Source: an uncultured bacterium
Lineage (GTDB): Bacteria; Deinococcota; Deinococci; Deinococcales; Trueperaceae
DNA: 44,675 nt
Assembly: GCA_964596625.1 (NCBI GenBank)
Contig: CAZQVC010000001.1
Location: forward strand, 1-44,675
Reading direction: 5' to 3'
Shown here: positions 18,015-27,397 of the stretch, piece after piece
How positions within the stretch are numbered: position 1 is the first letter of the stretch
How the letters are laid out: each line of letters opens with the position of its first letter
The notes under the pieces: generated by a model
What the model was told of the DNA's origin: nothing
The model's database searches: none
Seen by the model: only the letters and a program-made list of their open reading frames with translations
Program-made: the position numbers and the translations under genes

Positions 18015-18065
18015 ATGAGCAAGCTCACCACTCACCGTCAGCTGAAGGAGCCGCGAGCGCGATGA
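18015..18065 (+). CDS. Candidate 16-codon leaderless upstream ORF (MSKLTTHRQLKEPRAR)
   Basis: TATACT (18002-18007), a 7-nt spacer, then ATG 18015. Its TGA overlaps the pgl ATG (ATGA). There is no support beyond this layout. Confidence 0.25.
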   Translation: MSKLTTHRQLKEPRAR

Positions 18066-18805
18066 GCAGCCAACCTCGCCTGCAGGTCGTGGACGACGTC
18101 ACCGCCGCCGCGACCGACTTGATCGCCCACACGGTGGAGCGGTCCGTGAGCGCCTCCGGCAGAGCCGTGCTGTGCCTCAGCGGGGGCAGCACGCCGGTGC
18201 CCGTCTACCGGCGCCTCGCGGAGCTGCGCGAGCTCCCCTGGGAGCGGGTGTTCTTCGCCTGGGGCGATGAGCGCTGGGTGCCGCACGACGATCCCGAGAG
18301 CAACTTCGGCAGCGCGAGGGCGGCGCTGCTCGACCACCTTCCGGTGCCCGCCGAGCAGGTGCTGCCGTGGCCGTACGGCGACGACCCGACGGCGGCGGCC
18401 CGCGCCTACGCCGCCACCTTGCAGGCGCGCCTCGGCGCGCCGACGCCCGAGCGGCCGCTGTTCGACCTCAACCTCCTTGGCCTCGGTGACGACGCCCACA
18501 CCGCCAGCCTCTTCCCCGGCACCGGCGCCGCGCTCCGCAGCGAGTTCGCGTTCGCCGCCGAGGTGCCGGGCAAGGGCTGGCGGCTCACGCTGAGCGCGCC
18601 CACCCTCAGCAGTAGCCGCACCGTCTTGTTCCTGGTCTCCGGCGAGGGCAAGCGCGCCGCGCTCGAAGCGACCTGGCCGGCGCTGTTCGGGGGCGCCGCT
18701 GGCCGCCCTGCCTCAGACTCCGTCGACGACCTGCCGGCGCGCGCGGTGAGCGCCGTCGAGGAGCTGATCGTGATGACCGACGTGCGCCCTGGGGCGGCCG
18801 GCTGA
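18062..18805 (+). CDS. pgl: 6-phosphogluconolactonase
   Basis: Motifs LCLSGGSTPVPVYRRL and FFAWGDERWVPHDDPESNF are present. GAAGGAG lies 11 nt upstream. Confidence 0.85.
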   Translation: MSSQPRLQVVDDVTAAATDLIAHTVERSVSASGRAVLCLSGGSTPVPVYRRLAELRELPWERVFFAWGDERWVPHDDPESNFGSARAALLDHLPVPAEQVLPWPYGDDPTAAARAYAATLQARLGAPTPERPLFDLNLLGLGDDAHTASLFPGTGAALRSEFAFAAEVPGKGWRLTLSAPTLSSSRTVLFLVSGEGKRAALEATWPALFGGAAGRPASDSVDDLPARAVSAVEELIVMTDVRPGAAG

Positions 18806-18931
18806 CGAGCGGGGGGCGGCGAAGGCGCCCCGCGGCGGCCGGCTGACGAGCGAGGCCCCGCGACGCAGCAAAGCTGGGCCAAAGAGCGCCGAGAACGACC
18901 AGATGCCGTCAGGCCACGCGCCCGAACGCGC

Positions 18932-21529
18932 TCAGCCGGCCGCCCACGACACGGCCCTGGCGTCGGCCTGCGCGACCAGCCCGCGGTGAGCCGGGTAGCA
19001 CCTGATCCCGAACGCGAGGCGTCCGCTCAGCCGTGGGCTGAAGCGAGCTCGGTAGACGCCGCCGGCGCCCTTCGAGCCCGCGCCCTCCTCGGGACGTGCC
19101 AGTCGCACCGTCTCCAGCCCAGACTGCAGAGCGTCGTCGGCGGCGCTGTAGACCAGCTCGACCACCACCTCGCCGGACTCGAAGCCGGGCGCTACCAGCG
19201 CCACGGTGGCCTCGACCTCGTCGCCGCTCTCGAGCGCCTGTTCGCTCAGCGTCGCGTCCTTGAGCCTGACCCCGGGCCACAGCTCGGCGACGCGCTCGCG
19301 CCAGGCGGCGAGCTCCTCGGCGAGCGCCCCGCCGTCCGCGCCCATCTGCTCGCCGCGGACGCTGGCCGGCAGGTAGTAGCGCGTCACGTAGTCCTTGACC
19401 ATGCGCTGCGCGTTGAACGCGGGCGTCACGCTGGCCACGGCCGCCACCGAGCGGCGCACCCACTCGAGCGGCAGCGGCTCGGCGCCGGCGTCGGCGCCAG
19501 GCGGGCGGTCGCGGTCGTAGAAGAGCGGCACCACCTCTCCCTCGAGCAGCGCGTAGAGCGAGTCGGCGTCGGAGGCGTCGGCCCGCTCGTCGTCGGCGTA
19601 GCTGCGACCGGAGCCGATGGCCCAGCCGTTGTCGCCGGCGTACGCCTCGGGCCACCAGCCGTCGAGGATGGAGAGGTTGAGCACGCCGTTGAGCGCGGCC
19701 TTCTGACCGCTGGTGCCGGAGGCCTCCAGCGGACGCCTCGGGTTGTTGAGCCAGACGTCGACGCCCCGCGTGAGGGCGCGGCCGACGGCCATGTCGTAGT
19801 CCTCCACGAACAGCACGCGCCCGGCGAAGCGCTCGTCGTGCGAGAGCCGGTGGATGCTGGCGATGAGCTCCTGCCCCTGCTGGTCGGCGGGGTGGGCCTT
19901 GCCGGCGAACACCAGCTGCACCGGCCTGTGCGGGTCGGCGAGAATCGCGTGCAGACGATCCAGATCGCGGAAGATCAACGTCGCTCGCTTGTAGGCGGCG
20001 AAGCGCCGCGCGAAGCCGATGGTCAGCGCTTCCGGATCGAAGATCGCGCTCGACCCGAGCAGCGCTGTCGGGCTGGCCTCCTGGCGGGTCAGCTGCCGCT
20101 CCAGACGGCGTCTGAGGAACCGCAGGCTCTGGCGCTTGAGCGCCTTGCGCACCTCCCAGTACTCGAGAGGGTCCACCTCGGAGAAGCGCTGCCAGGTCGA
20201 CTCGTCGGCCACGACCGACTGCCAGTCGCCGCCGACCGTCCGCGCCACCAGGCTCTGCATGGCGGGGGCCATCCAGGTCGCGAGGTGCACGCCGTTGGTG
20301 ACGTGGCCGATGGGGACCTCCTCCAGCGGCACGCCGGGCCAGAGGTCGGCCCAGATGCGGCGGCTGGTCTCCCCGTGGAGCTCGGCGACGCCGTTGCGCC
20401 CAGAGGAGAAGCGGATGGCCAGCGCCGGCATGCTGAAGACCTCGCCCCAGCCGTGGTCGGCGCTGCCCAGCTGCAGGAACTCCTCCCGCGAGATCCCCAG
20501 ACCCCGGTGGTAGTCGCGGAAAGCCTGGTCCATCAGCTCGAAGCCGAAGGCGTCGTTGCCCGCGGCCACCGGCGTGTGCACCGTGAACACGGTGTCGGCC
20601 GCCACGACCTCGCGCGCGGCGGCGAACTCGCGGCCGCTCGCCACCAGCTCGCGGCACCTCTCCAACGCCATGAACGCGCTGTGGCCCTCGTTCATGTGCC
20701 AGCTCGTCGGGGCCAGCCCCAAGCGGCGCAGCAGACGCACGCCGCCGATGCCGAGGAGCATCTCCTGAGCGACCCTGGTGCGTTGATCGCCGCCGTATAG
20801 CCTGCTGAGCAGCGCGCGGTCCTCGGCGCTGTTGTCCTCGTGATCGACGTCGAGCAGGAGGACCTTGACCCTGCCGACGTCCACCTGCCAGGCCTGGATC
20901 CTCACGGTGCGGCCGAACGTCTCGACCTCCACGACCGCCCTTCCGCCGTCGCTGTCGAGCACCGGCGTGAACGGCATGTCGGTCGGGGTGGTGCGCACGT
21001 AGACGGCCTCCTGGCGCCCGTCGGCCGCCACGCGCTGGTGGAAGTAGCCCTCAGGGTAGTAGAGGCCCACCGCGATCAACGGCACGCCGAGGTCGGAGGC
21101 CGCCTTGGTGTGGTCGCCGGCCAGCACGCCGAGGCCGCCGGAGTAGAGCTGCACCGACTCGTGCCAGCCGTACTCGGCGCAGAAGTAGGCGTGGAGCCTC
21201 TCCTCGGCGCCGCCCGCCCCGCTGCTCGCGAGGTGCTCCTGGTACCAGCTGGGCCGGGCCTGGTAGGCGTCGAAGCGCTCGATGACGTCGTCGTACGCCG
21301 CCACGAAGTCGGCGTCGCGCGCCGCGGCCTCCAGCCTCTCCTGGCTCACCTCGCGCAGCACGACTATCGGGTCGTGGTTGGAAGCCACCCACACCGACCT
21401 GTCCAGGTCGCGGAACAGCTGGCGGGCGTCGGGCTGCCAGGTCCAGTAGAGGTTGTCGGCCAGCTCCTGCAGTCGTTGGATCCTGGTCGGCAGTCGGGGC
21501 ACCACGTTGAGGTAACCGAGGACGTTCAT
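18932..21529 (-). CDS. glgP: Alpha-glucan phosphorylase (GT35, GlgP/maltodextrin phosphorylase family)
   Basis: The N-terminus LAxNLYWTW, the motif EASGTSGQKAALNG (PLP-Lys region), and the ~865-aa size. ATG 21529 matches homolog N-termini. The Arg-rich extension to 21649 was rejected. Confidence 0.9.
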   Translation of the reverse strand: MNVLGYLNVVPRLPTRIQRLQELADNLYWTWQPDARQLFRDLDRSVWVASNHDPIVVLREVSQERLEAAARDADFVAAYDDVIERFDAYQARPSWYQEHLASSGAGGAEERLHAYFCAEYGWHESVQLYSGGLGVLAGDHTKAASDLGVPLIAVGLYYPEGYFHQRVAADGRQEAVYVRTTPTDMPFTPVLDSDGGRAVVEVETFGRTVRIQAWQVDVGRVKVLLLDVDHEDNSAEDRALLSRLYGGDQRTRVAQEMLLGIGGVRLLRRLGLAPTSWHMNEGHSAFMALERCRELVASGREFAAAREVVAADTVFTVHTPVAAGNDAFGFELMDQAFRDYHRGLGISREEFLQLGSADHGWGEVFSMPALAIRFSSGRNGVAELHGETSRRIWADLWPGVPLEEVPIGHVTNGVHLATWMAPAMQSLVARTVGGDWQSVVADESTWQRFSEVDPLEYWEVRKALKRQSLRFLRRRLERQLTRQEASPTALLGSSAIFDPEALTIGFARRFAAYKRATLIFRDLDRLHAILADPHRPVQLVFAGKAHPADQQGQELIASIHRLSHDERFAGRVLFVEDYDMAVGRALTRGVDVWLNNPRRPLEASGTSGQKAALNGVLNLSILDGWWPEAYAGDNGWAIGSGRSYADDERADASDADSLYALLEGEVVPLFYDRDRPPGADAGAEPLPLEWVRRSVAAVASVTPAFNAQRMVKDYVTRYYLPASVRGEQMGADGGALAEELAAWRERVAELWPGVRLKDATLSEQALESGDEVEATVALVAPGFESGEVVVELVYSAADDALQSGLETVRLARPEEGAGSKGAGGVYRARFSPRLSGRLAFGIRCYPAHRGLVAQADARAVSWAAG

Positions 21530-21770
21530 GCTCGTTGGCCTTCTTCCAGTCGTCGCAGCATCGCCGTGCGATGGGAGTCTTCGAGAGTGATGGGCGTCGC
21601 CGGCGCTGCTGGTGCGTCGCCGGCTGAGCCGCGGCATTCTATCGCGCAACCGTTAGTCTGGCTGGATGACACGCTCACCACGCCCCAGGCAGCGAACCCG
21701 ACCGTCGGCGCGGAGCACGCCGGGGCGGCGCCCAGCGCGGGCCTCGAGGCGCCAGGGTAGGAGCGTCGGC

Positions 21771-22862
21771 ATGGCCCCACCGCTGCACCGGCGCCTCGGC
21801 CTCGCCGTCATCGCCGCCTTCCTCGCCGGCGCCCCGCTCACGACGGCGAGCGCGCAGAGCCTGTCGCTCGGCGGTGCGGCCTGCCTGCACGCCGCTATTG
21901 TGCCGTCGAACGCCGGCTCGGGCGGCTGGACACCGTGTTCGCCCGGCCTGATCTCGGTCGCCCTCTCGGGCGCGCGGGTCGGCGGCACGACGGTGGGGCT
22001 GGAGCTCGGCCTGCACCTCGCAGGCGCGAGTCGGCACGGCAGCGCGCCCGCCGTGACGGGTGGGCCGGCGGCGCCGGGCGACGGCGGGCCGTCCAGCGCG
22101 TTCCAGGTCGGGCTCTCGCTGTCGGCCAACGAGACCTTCGGCCCCCTCGGCAACGTCGTCTTCGAGCTCGACGGCGACCTGCGCAGCGACGCGCTCGGGC
22201 AGCTCACCTTGGGTGCCAGGGGCGTCCTCGGGCCCGTCGCGGCGCGCCTGGCCCTGGGCGCGTACGGCGCTGACGTCGCGGCGTTCGACCCCTCGGCCCT
22301 GGCCAGTGACGTTCGGCCCAGCTTCAGTGGCGCCTCGGCCGGCGTCAGGCTGGGCCTCACCGGGCGGCTCTCACGGACCGCGGTGCTCGAAGCCGATCCG
22401 GAGCTCTACTTCAGCGAAGGCGGCACGTCGGGGCGGCTCACCTCACGCCTGCGCCTGCTCAGGGCCCTGGGCGAGAACGAGCTGCGGCTGCACCTGCGCG
22501 CGGGCGCGACCCCCGGCTTCGCCTCCGGCTACGGCGCCGTCGGCGCGGGCATCCTCTTCCCCCGCGGCCGGGCGCCCGACCTCGACTTCGGCGTCCATCT
22601 CGGGTTCAGCCCGGCGGGGCTGTCGCCCGGCCTCACAGTGAGCCTCGCCGAGACCCTCCCCGGCAGCGTGAGGGCGGCGCTGGTCGCCGCCTGGGAGCCG
22701 TACCGGCTCGACGTGCACCCCGGCAGGGTCGACGCCACCTTCAGCCTGCCGCTCGACGGCGGCGCGATCGACCTGCAGGTGGCCGGCGCCTTCCTCGACG
22801 CGGTGAGGCCCGCTGCGGCCGCCGTGACGGTGCGTTACACGCTCCCCGTCAAGCTGCCCTAG
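21771..22862 (+). CDS. Hypothetical secreted protein, possibly an outer-membrane beta-barrel
   Basis: GGTAGGAG lies upstream of ATG 21771. Signal peptide LGLAVIAAFLAGAPLTTASAQ. About 14-16 short amphipathic strands with alternating residues (VGLELGLHL, FQVGLSLSA, AGVRLGLTG, DFGVHLGFS, VTVRYTL). An in-frame ATG at 21666 behind TAGTCT plus a 6-nt spacer is the alternative start. Confidence 0.55.
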   Translation: MAPPLHRRLGLAVIAAFLAGAPLTTASAQSLSLGGAACLHAAIVPSNAGSGGWTPCSPGLISVALSGARVGGTTVGLELGLHLAGASRHGSAPAVTGGPAAPGDGGPSSAFQVGLSLSANETFGPLGNVVFELDGDLRSDALGQLTLGARGVLGPVAARLALGAYGADVAAFDPSALASDVRPSFSGASAGVRLGLTGRLSRTAVLEADPELYFSEGGTSGRLTSRLRLLRALGENELRLHLRAGATPGFASGYGAVGAGILFPRGRAPDLDFGVHLGFSPAGLSPGLTVSLAETLPGSVRAALVAAWEPYRLDVHPGRVDATFSLPLDGGAIDLQVAGAFLDAVRPAAAAVTVRYTLPVKLP

Positions 22863-22888
22863 GGCGATTCGGGTTCAGCGCTCTGAGC

Positions 22889-24022
22889 TCAGGGCTGGTA
22901 GGGCTGGAGCTCACCCGTCGCGAGGTCGAGCCGGAACAGGCCCTCGCTCGGCACGGCCCTCAGCACCGAGGTGACGTTCGCCCCGCGCCGCAGCTCGATC
23001 TCGCGCAGGCCGGGCTTGATGTCGATCGCGTGTCCGCCGGGCTGGAGTATGCCGTCGATGAAGACCAGCACCTCCCTCGCCTCGTCCCAGAACACCACCA
23101 GCGGCGCGCTCGGCGTGAGCTCCGCCCTGACGCGGCTCACGCGGTAGTTCCTCACCAGCACGTCGATGGTCTCCGGTTGGAAGCCGTCGCGCAGCAGCCT
23201 GATCGTGTGCATGCCTGGCAGGGCCGACAGGGTGACGGGCGTGGTGCCGGCGGGCTCGCCGTCGAGCGCGACGCGCGCTGCCGGGAAGCTCGACACCTGG
23301 ACGCTGCCGCCGGCGATGGCCGTGAGGATGACGTGAACCAGGCTGGTGTCCTGCGAGCGCAGCTCGATCATGCGCACGTCGGGCAAGAACCCCTCCTTGC
23401 GGACCTCGAGCTGGTAGCGACCTGGCGGCAGCATCGCGACGTCGAGCTGGCCGGTGCGGCCCAGCGAGACCCCGTCGACGAAGACCTGGGCGTCGCCCGG
23501 CTCGCTCGACACGAACAGTCCGGCGTCGCCGCTCGGCAGCTCGACCAAGGCCGCCGTGAACTCGGCGACGGCCGCCGCCAGCTCGACCGCCGCCAGCTCC
23601 GGCGCGTTCGGGTCGAAGGCCGCGCTTATCAGGTCGCTCGAGCGCTCCCTCTCGGCGTCGACCACGATGAGGTTGATGGTGTAGGCCTCCGGCGAGTCGC
23701 CGATCCGGGCGACCTCGCCGCTCACCGCGTAGCGGGCCGCGTCGAGGGCGGCTATCAGCATGGTGAACTCGGGCTCGAGGCTGCTGGCGATGCCGGGTGT
23801 GATCAGCTCGCCGTTGCGCACCTCGAGGCCGGTCGCGGCGCCCACCGCCGAGCGGAAGGTGGTCATGAAGCGCTGGACCGCATCGGGGCTCACCTCGCCG
23901 CGGGTGCCGAAGGTGGGGGCCGAGATCTGGGCGGTGGCGGAGGCCAGGTTCAGCAGCACCGCGATCAGCGCCAGTACCGTGCTCCAGTAGGCGGTGCTGC
24001 GACCGCGTCGCGGTGAGAACAT
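22889..24022 (-). CDS. PEGA domain-containing secreted protein (three PEGA repeats)
   Basis: An N-terminal TM/signal segment, then the repeats VFVDGVSLGRTG...PPGRYQLEVRKEGFLP, VALDGEPAGTTP...GMHTIRLLRDGFQP and VFIDGILQPGG...GLREIELRRG. TATACT and a 7-nt spacer lie upstream of the ATG. Confidence 0.8.
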   Translation of the reverse strand: MFSPRRGRSTAYWSTVLALIAVLLNLASATAQISAPTFGTRGEVSPDAVQRFMTTFRSAVGAATGLEVRNGELITPGIASSLEPEFTMLIAALDAARYAVSGEVARIGDSPEAYTINLIVVDAERERSSDLISAAFDPNAPELAAVELAAAVAEFTAALVELPSGDAGLFVSSEPGDAQVFVDGVSLGRTGQLDVAMLPPGRYQLEVRKEGFLPDVRMIELRSQDTSLVHVILTAIAGGSVQVSSFPAARVALDGEPAGTTPVTLSALPGMHTIRLLRDGFQPETIDVLVRNYRVSRVRAELTPSAPLVVFWDEAREVLVFIDGILQPGGHAIDIKPGLREIELRRGANVTSVLRAVPSEGLFRLDLATGELQPYQP

Positions 24023-24029
24023 CGCGCCC

Positions 24030-24035
24030 AGTATA
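24030..24035 (-). promoter_or_regulatory. -10 box TATACT, 7 nt before the PEGA ATG 24022
   Basis: Read directly. There is no SD. Confidence 0.45.
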
Positions 24036-24077
24036 GCCGTTGATGTCCGTTTGCTCTTAGGCGGCCCAGGCGCCGCT

Positions 24078-24086
24078 TGATATCCT
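24078..24086 (+). promoter_or_regulatory. Extended -10 TGaTATCCT, 9 nt before ATG 24096
   Basis: Read directly. It lies in the divergent intergenic region. Confidence 0.4.
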
Positions 24087-24095
24087 CGCGGGCAG

Positions 24096-24851
24096 ATGCG
24101 CTACCTCGTTCTGAGCGATGTTCACGCCAACTTGCCTGCTCTTGACGCCGTTCTCCTCCACGCTTCGCGGCGCGGCTACGACGAGGTCGTCTTCCTCGGC
24201 GACGCCGTCGGCTACTACCCCCACGCCGAGGAGGTGCTGCAGCGCCTCATCGACCTCGACCCGAAGGTGCGCATCCTCGGCAACCACGACGCCACGCTCC
24301 TCGCGATGCACGGCGGCCAGGCCGAGCGGCGCGACGCCAGCGTGGTGTCTGAGGTCCTCGAGCGCCACCTCGAGCTGCTCAGCGAGGACAGCGTCGCCTT
24401 CCTCCGCAGCCTCGTCTCGCACCACCTCGACGAGCGCTGGGAGGCGACCCACGGCGCGCTGGAGCGCCCCTGGGACTACCTCGCGAACGTCAGCGCTGCC
24501 CAGGCGAACCTACCGCTGATGAAGACCCAACTGCTGCTGGTCGGCCACACCCACTTCCCCAAGGTGTTCGCTTCGGTCTCCAGCGGGGGTCAGGAGATGT
24601 GGCGGACCGTCGCCTTCCGCCACGAGCGCGGCCAGTACCGCGTGCCGCCGCTCGCTCGCGTGATCGCGAACCCCGGCGCCGTCGGCCAACCCCGCGACCA
24701 GGTGCCGCTCGCGGCCTACGCCATGTTCGACGTCGAGGCGATGAGCCTCGACTTCCACCGCGTCGAGTTCGACGTCGCGGCCGTGCAGGCCGACGTCAGG
24801 GCGCACGGCTACCCCGAGGTCCTGGCCGCGCGCCTGGCGCTTGGCCGATGA
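24096..24851 (+). CDS. Metallophosphoesterase family protein
   Basis: Motifs LVLSDVHAN, FLGDAVGYYP, LGNHD and VGHTH. Confidence 0.85.
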   Translation: MRYLVLSDVHANLPALDAVLLHASRRGYDEVVFLGDAVGYYPHAEEVLQRLIDLDPKVRILGNHDATLLAMHGGQAERRDASVVSEVLERHLELLSEDSVAFLRSLVSHHLDERWEATHGALERPWDYLANVSAAQANLPLMKTQLLLVGHTHFPKVFASVSSGGQEMWRTVAFRHERGQYRVPPLARVIANPGAVGQPRDQVPLAAYAMFDVEAMSLDFHRVEFDVAAVQADVRAHGYPEVLAARLALGR

Positions 24852-25828
24852 GCTCGCCGTTCGACCTGCTCGGCCACGACGCGGTGCTGGAGCGGCTGCG
24901 CCGGGGCTGGCGCGACGGCGCCGGCCAGCGGACGCTGCTGTTCGCCGGCCCCGAGGGCGTCGGCAAGCGGCTGGTCGCCCGCTGGTTCGCGGCCTACGTC
25001 AACTGCGCCGGCCTCGCCGAGAGCCGTCCGTGCGGGGTCTGCGCCAGCTGCCAGGCCATCGAGTCTGGCACTCACCTCGACGTGCGCGAGATCGGGCCGG
25101 AGAGCACCACTCGCTCGGGGCGAAGCAAGCACCGTGGCGACATCACGCTCGACCGCCTGGTCGAGCGGGAGGGCGGGCACCCCGACCCGCTGACGCCGTG
25201 GCTGCGCAGCCGGCCGGGCGAGCGCTTCAGGGTCGCGATCATCGACCACGCCGAGGCGCTGACCGCGGCCGCGGCCAACGCCTTCCTCAAGACGCTGGAG
25301 GAGCCGCCGCGCGCGGCGGTGATCGTCCTGCTCGCGCCCTCCCCCGACTCGCTGCTGCCGACGGTCGCGTCTCGCGCCGCGGTGGTGCGCTTCGGGGCCG
25401 TCGCCGTGAGCGGCTTCGAGGACCTCGCGCCCCACCCCGGCATCCGGCTGGGGCAGCCGGGCAGCCTGCTGCGCGCCCGCGGCGACGAGGGCGCGACGAT
25501 CGCCGCTCGCGAAGCCGCCGCCTCGTTGCTGCGCTCCCTCGAGGGCGACATGCTCGACGCGTTCGAGGCCGCCGAGGAGTTGTCTGGAGCCATCGACAAG
25601 GCGCTTGAGGCCGGCGCCGACCCGGGGCCCCTCGGCTGGCTGCGGGAGGGCCTGCGGGAGCTGCCGGCGCCCGCGTACGCCGAGGCGGTCGAGCGCATCG
25701 AGCGTTGTGAGGACGCCTTGGCCGCCTACGCCAACCCCACGCTGGCCTGCAGCGTGCTGACGCTGGGCCTGCGCGGCCTGCTGCTCAGCAGCCCGTTGCC
25801 GCTGGGCAGCCAGTGGCGCGAGCTGTAG
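24848..25828 (+). CDS. holB: DNA polymerase III delta' subunit
   Basis: Motifs LLFAGPEGVGKRLVARWFAAYVNC, CGVCASCQAIESGTHLDVREI and NAFLKTLEEPP. The ATG overlaps the upstream stop (ATGA). Confidence 0.85.
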   Translation: MSSPFDLLGHDAVLERLRRGWRDGAGQRTLLFAGPEGVGKRLVARWFAAYVNCAGLAESRPCGVCASCQAIESGTHLDVREIGPESTTRSGRSKHRGDITLDRLVEREGGHPDPLTPWLRSRPGERFRVAIIDHAEALTAAAANAFLKTLEEPPRAAVIVLLAPSPDSLLPTVASRAAVVRFGAVAVSGFEDLAPHPGIRLGQPGSLLRARGDEGATIAAREAAASLLRSLEGDMLDAFEAAEELSGAIDKALEAGADPGPLGWLREGLRELPAPAYAEAVERIERCEDALAAYANPTLACSVLTLGLRGLLLSSPLPLGSQWREL

Positions 25829-25861
25829 TCGCTCCGCCGCCGCCCGGCCGACGCCAAGAGC

Positions 25862-26656
<795 letters not shown>

Positions 26657-26663
26657 GCGTCCG

Positions 26664-26669
26664 ATTGTA
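26664..26669 (-). promoter_or_regulatory. -10 box TACAAT, 7 nt before the PSP1 ATG 26656
   Basis: Read directly in the 18-nt gap after the rnhB stop. Confidence 0.45.
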
Positions 26670-26674
26670 AGACG

Positions 26675-27397
26675 TCAGGCGCGCTCCTCGCCCCGCCAGA
26701 AAAGCGAAACCGCCGCCACCGGCGCGAACGACAGCCGATGCTGCGGGCACGGGCCGAGGTCGGCCAGCGCCGCCAGGTGACGCGGGACGCCGTAGCCGGC
26801 GTGGCTGTCGAAGCCGTAACCGGGGTAGGAGTCCTCGAGCTCGACCAGCGCGCAGTCGCGCTCGTGCTTGGCGAGGATGCTGGCGGCCGCCACCTGGTAG
26901 CTGCGCGCGTCCGCCCGGGGCGCTGCGACTTCCGGGAGCCCCGCGTCTAGGTTCAGGTAGTCGGTGACGAGGCCGTCGAGGCGGTCGAGGACCCTGGCCA
27001 CCGCTCGCCTGGCGGCGAGCTTGGTCGCGCCCAGCACGTTGTGCGCGTCCACCTCGACCGCCGACGCGTAGCCGACGGCGTAGGCCAACGCCTCGCTGCG
27101 CACGCGCGCGGCCAGCTCGGCGCGGAGGGCCCTGGTGAGGGTCTTCGAGTCGCGGTACGGGTACTCGCGGCCGCCCTCGAGGAGCACCACGGCCGCGACG
27201 ACCGGCCCGGCCAGGGCGCCACGGCCGGCCTCGTCGACGCCCGCAACGGCCATGAGGCCCTTGCCCCACAGCTCGCTCTCCAGGCTCCAGTCGGGAACCG
27301 GGGCCTCGGCGGCGCCGCTCTTCCCGGCTCGTGAGGTCCGCTTTCCAGCGGGGGCCTCGGCCGCGGGTCCGGGGACGGGCTCAGCGGTTGCCGACAC
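26675..27397 (-). CDS. rnhB: Ribonuclease HII
   Basis: Motifs AGVDEAGRGALAGPVVAAVV, DSKTLT and ASILAK. The conserved LESELWGKG lies upstream of the first ATG, so GTG 27397 is the likely start, overlapping the kinase 3' end by 17 nt. Confidence 0.88.
   Translation of the reverse strand: MSATAEPVPGPAAEAPAGKRTSRAGKSGAAEAPVPDWSLESELWGKGLMAVAGVDEAGRGALAGPVVAAVVLLEGGREYPYRDSKTLTRALRAELAARVRSEALAYAVGYASAVEVDAHNVLGATKLAARRAVARVLDRLDGLVTDYLNLDAGLPEVAAPRADARSYQVAAASILAKHERDCALVELEDSYPGYGFDSHAGYGVPRHLAALADLGPCPQHRLSFAPVAAVSLFWRGEERA

Noticed and set aside
18909-20800. Long alternative-frame and antisense ORFs (582 aa on the - strand, 604 aa on the + strand) across glgP.
   Set aside because: They are Arg/Gly/Ala-rich junk translations. 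The glgP frame carries the recognisable phosphorylase motifs.
21530-21649. An N-terminal extension of glgP (TTG 21649 or ATG 21637).
   Set aside because: The extension is Arg/Ser-rich (MPRLSRRRTSSAGDAHHSRR...). Homolog N-termini match MNVLGYLNVVPRLP at ATG 21529, which has a GGAAGAAGG SD.
21666-21770. A leaderless ATG 21666 extension of the beta-barrel-like protein.
   Set aside because: TAGTCT plus a 6-nt spacer does precede it. However, the 35 extra codons are Arg/Pro/Ser/Thr-rich and non-protein-like, and a good SD precedes ATG 21771, which is followed directly by the signal peptide. I kept it as the alternative start and treat the region as a probable 5' UTR.
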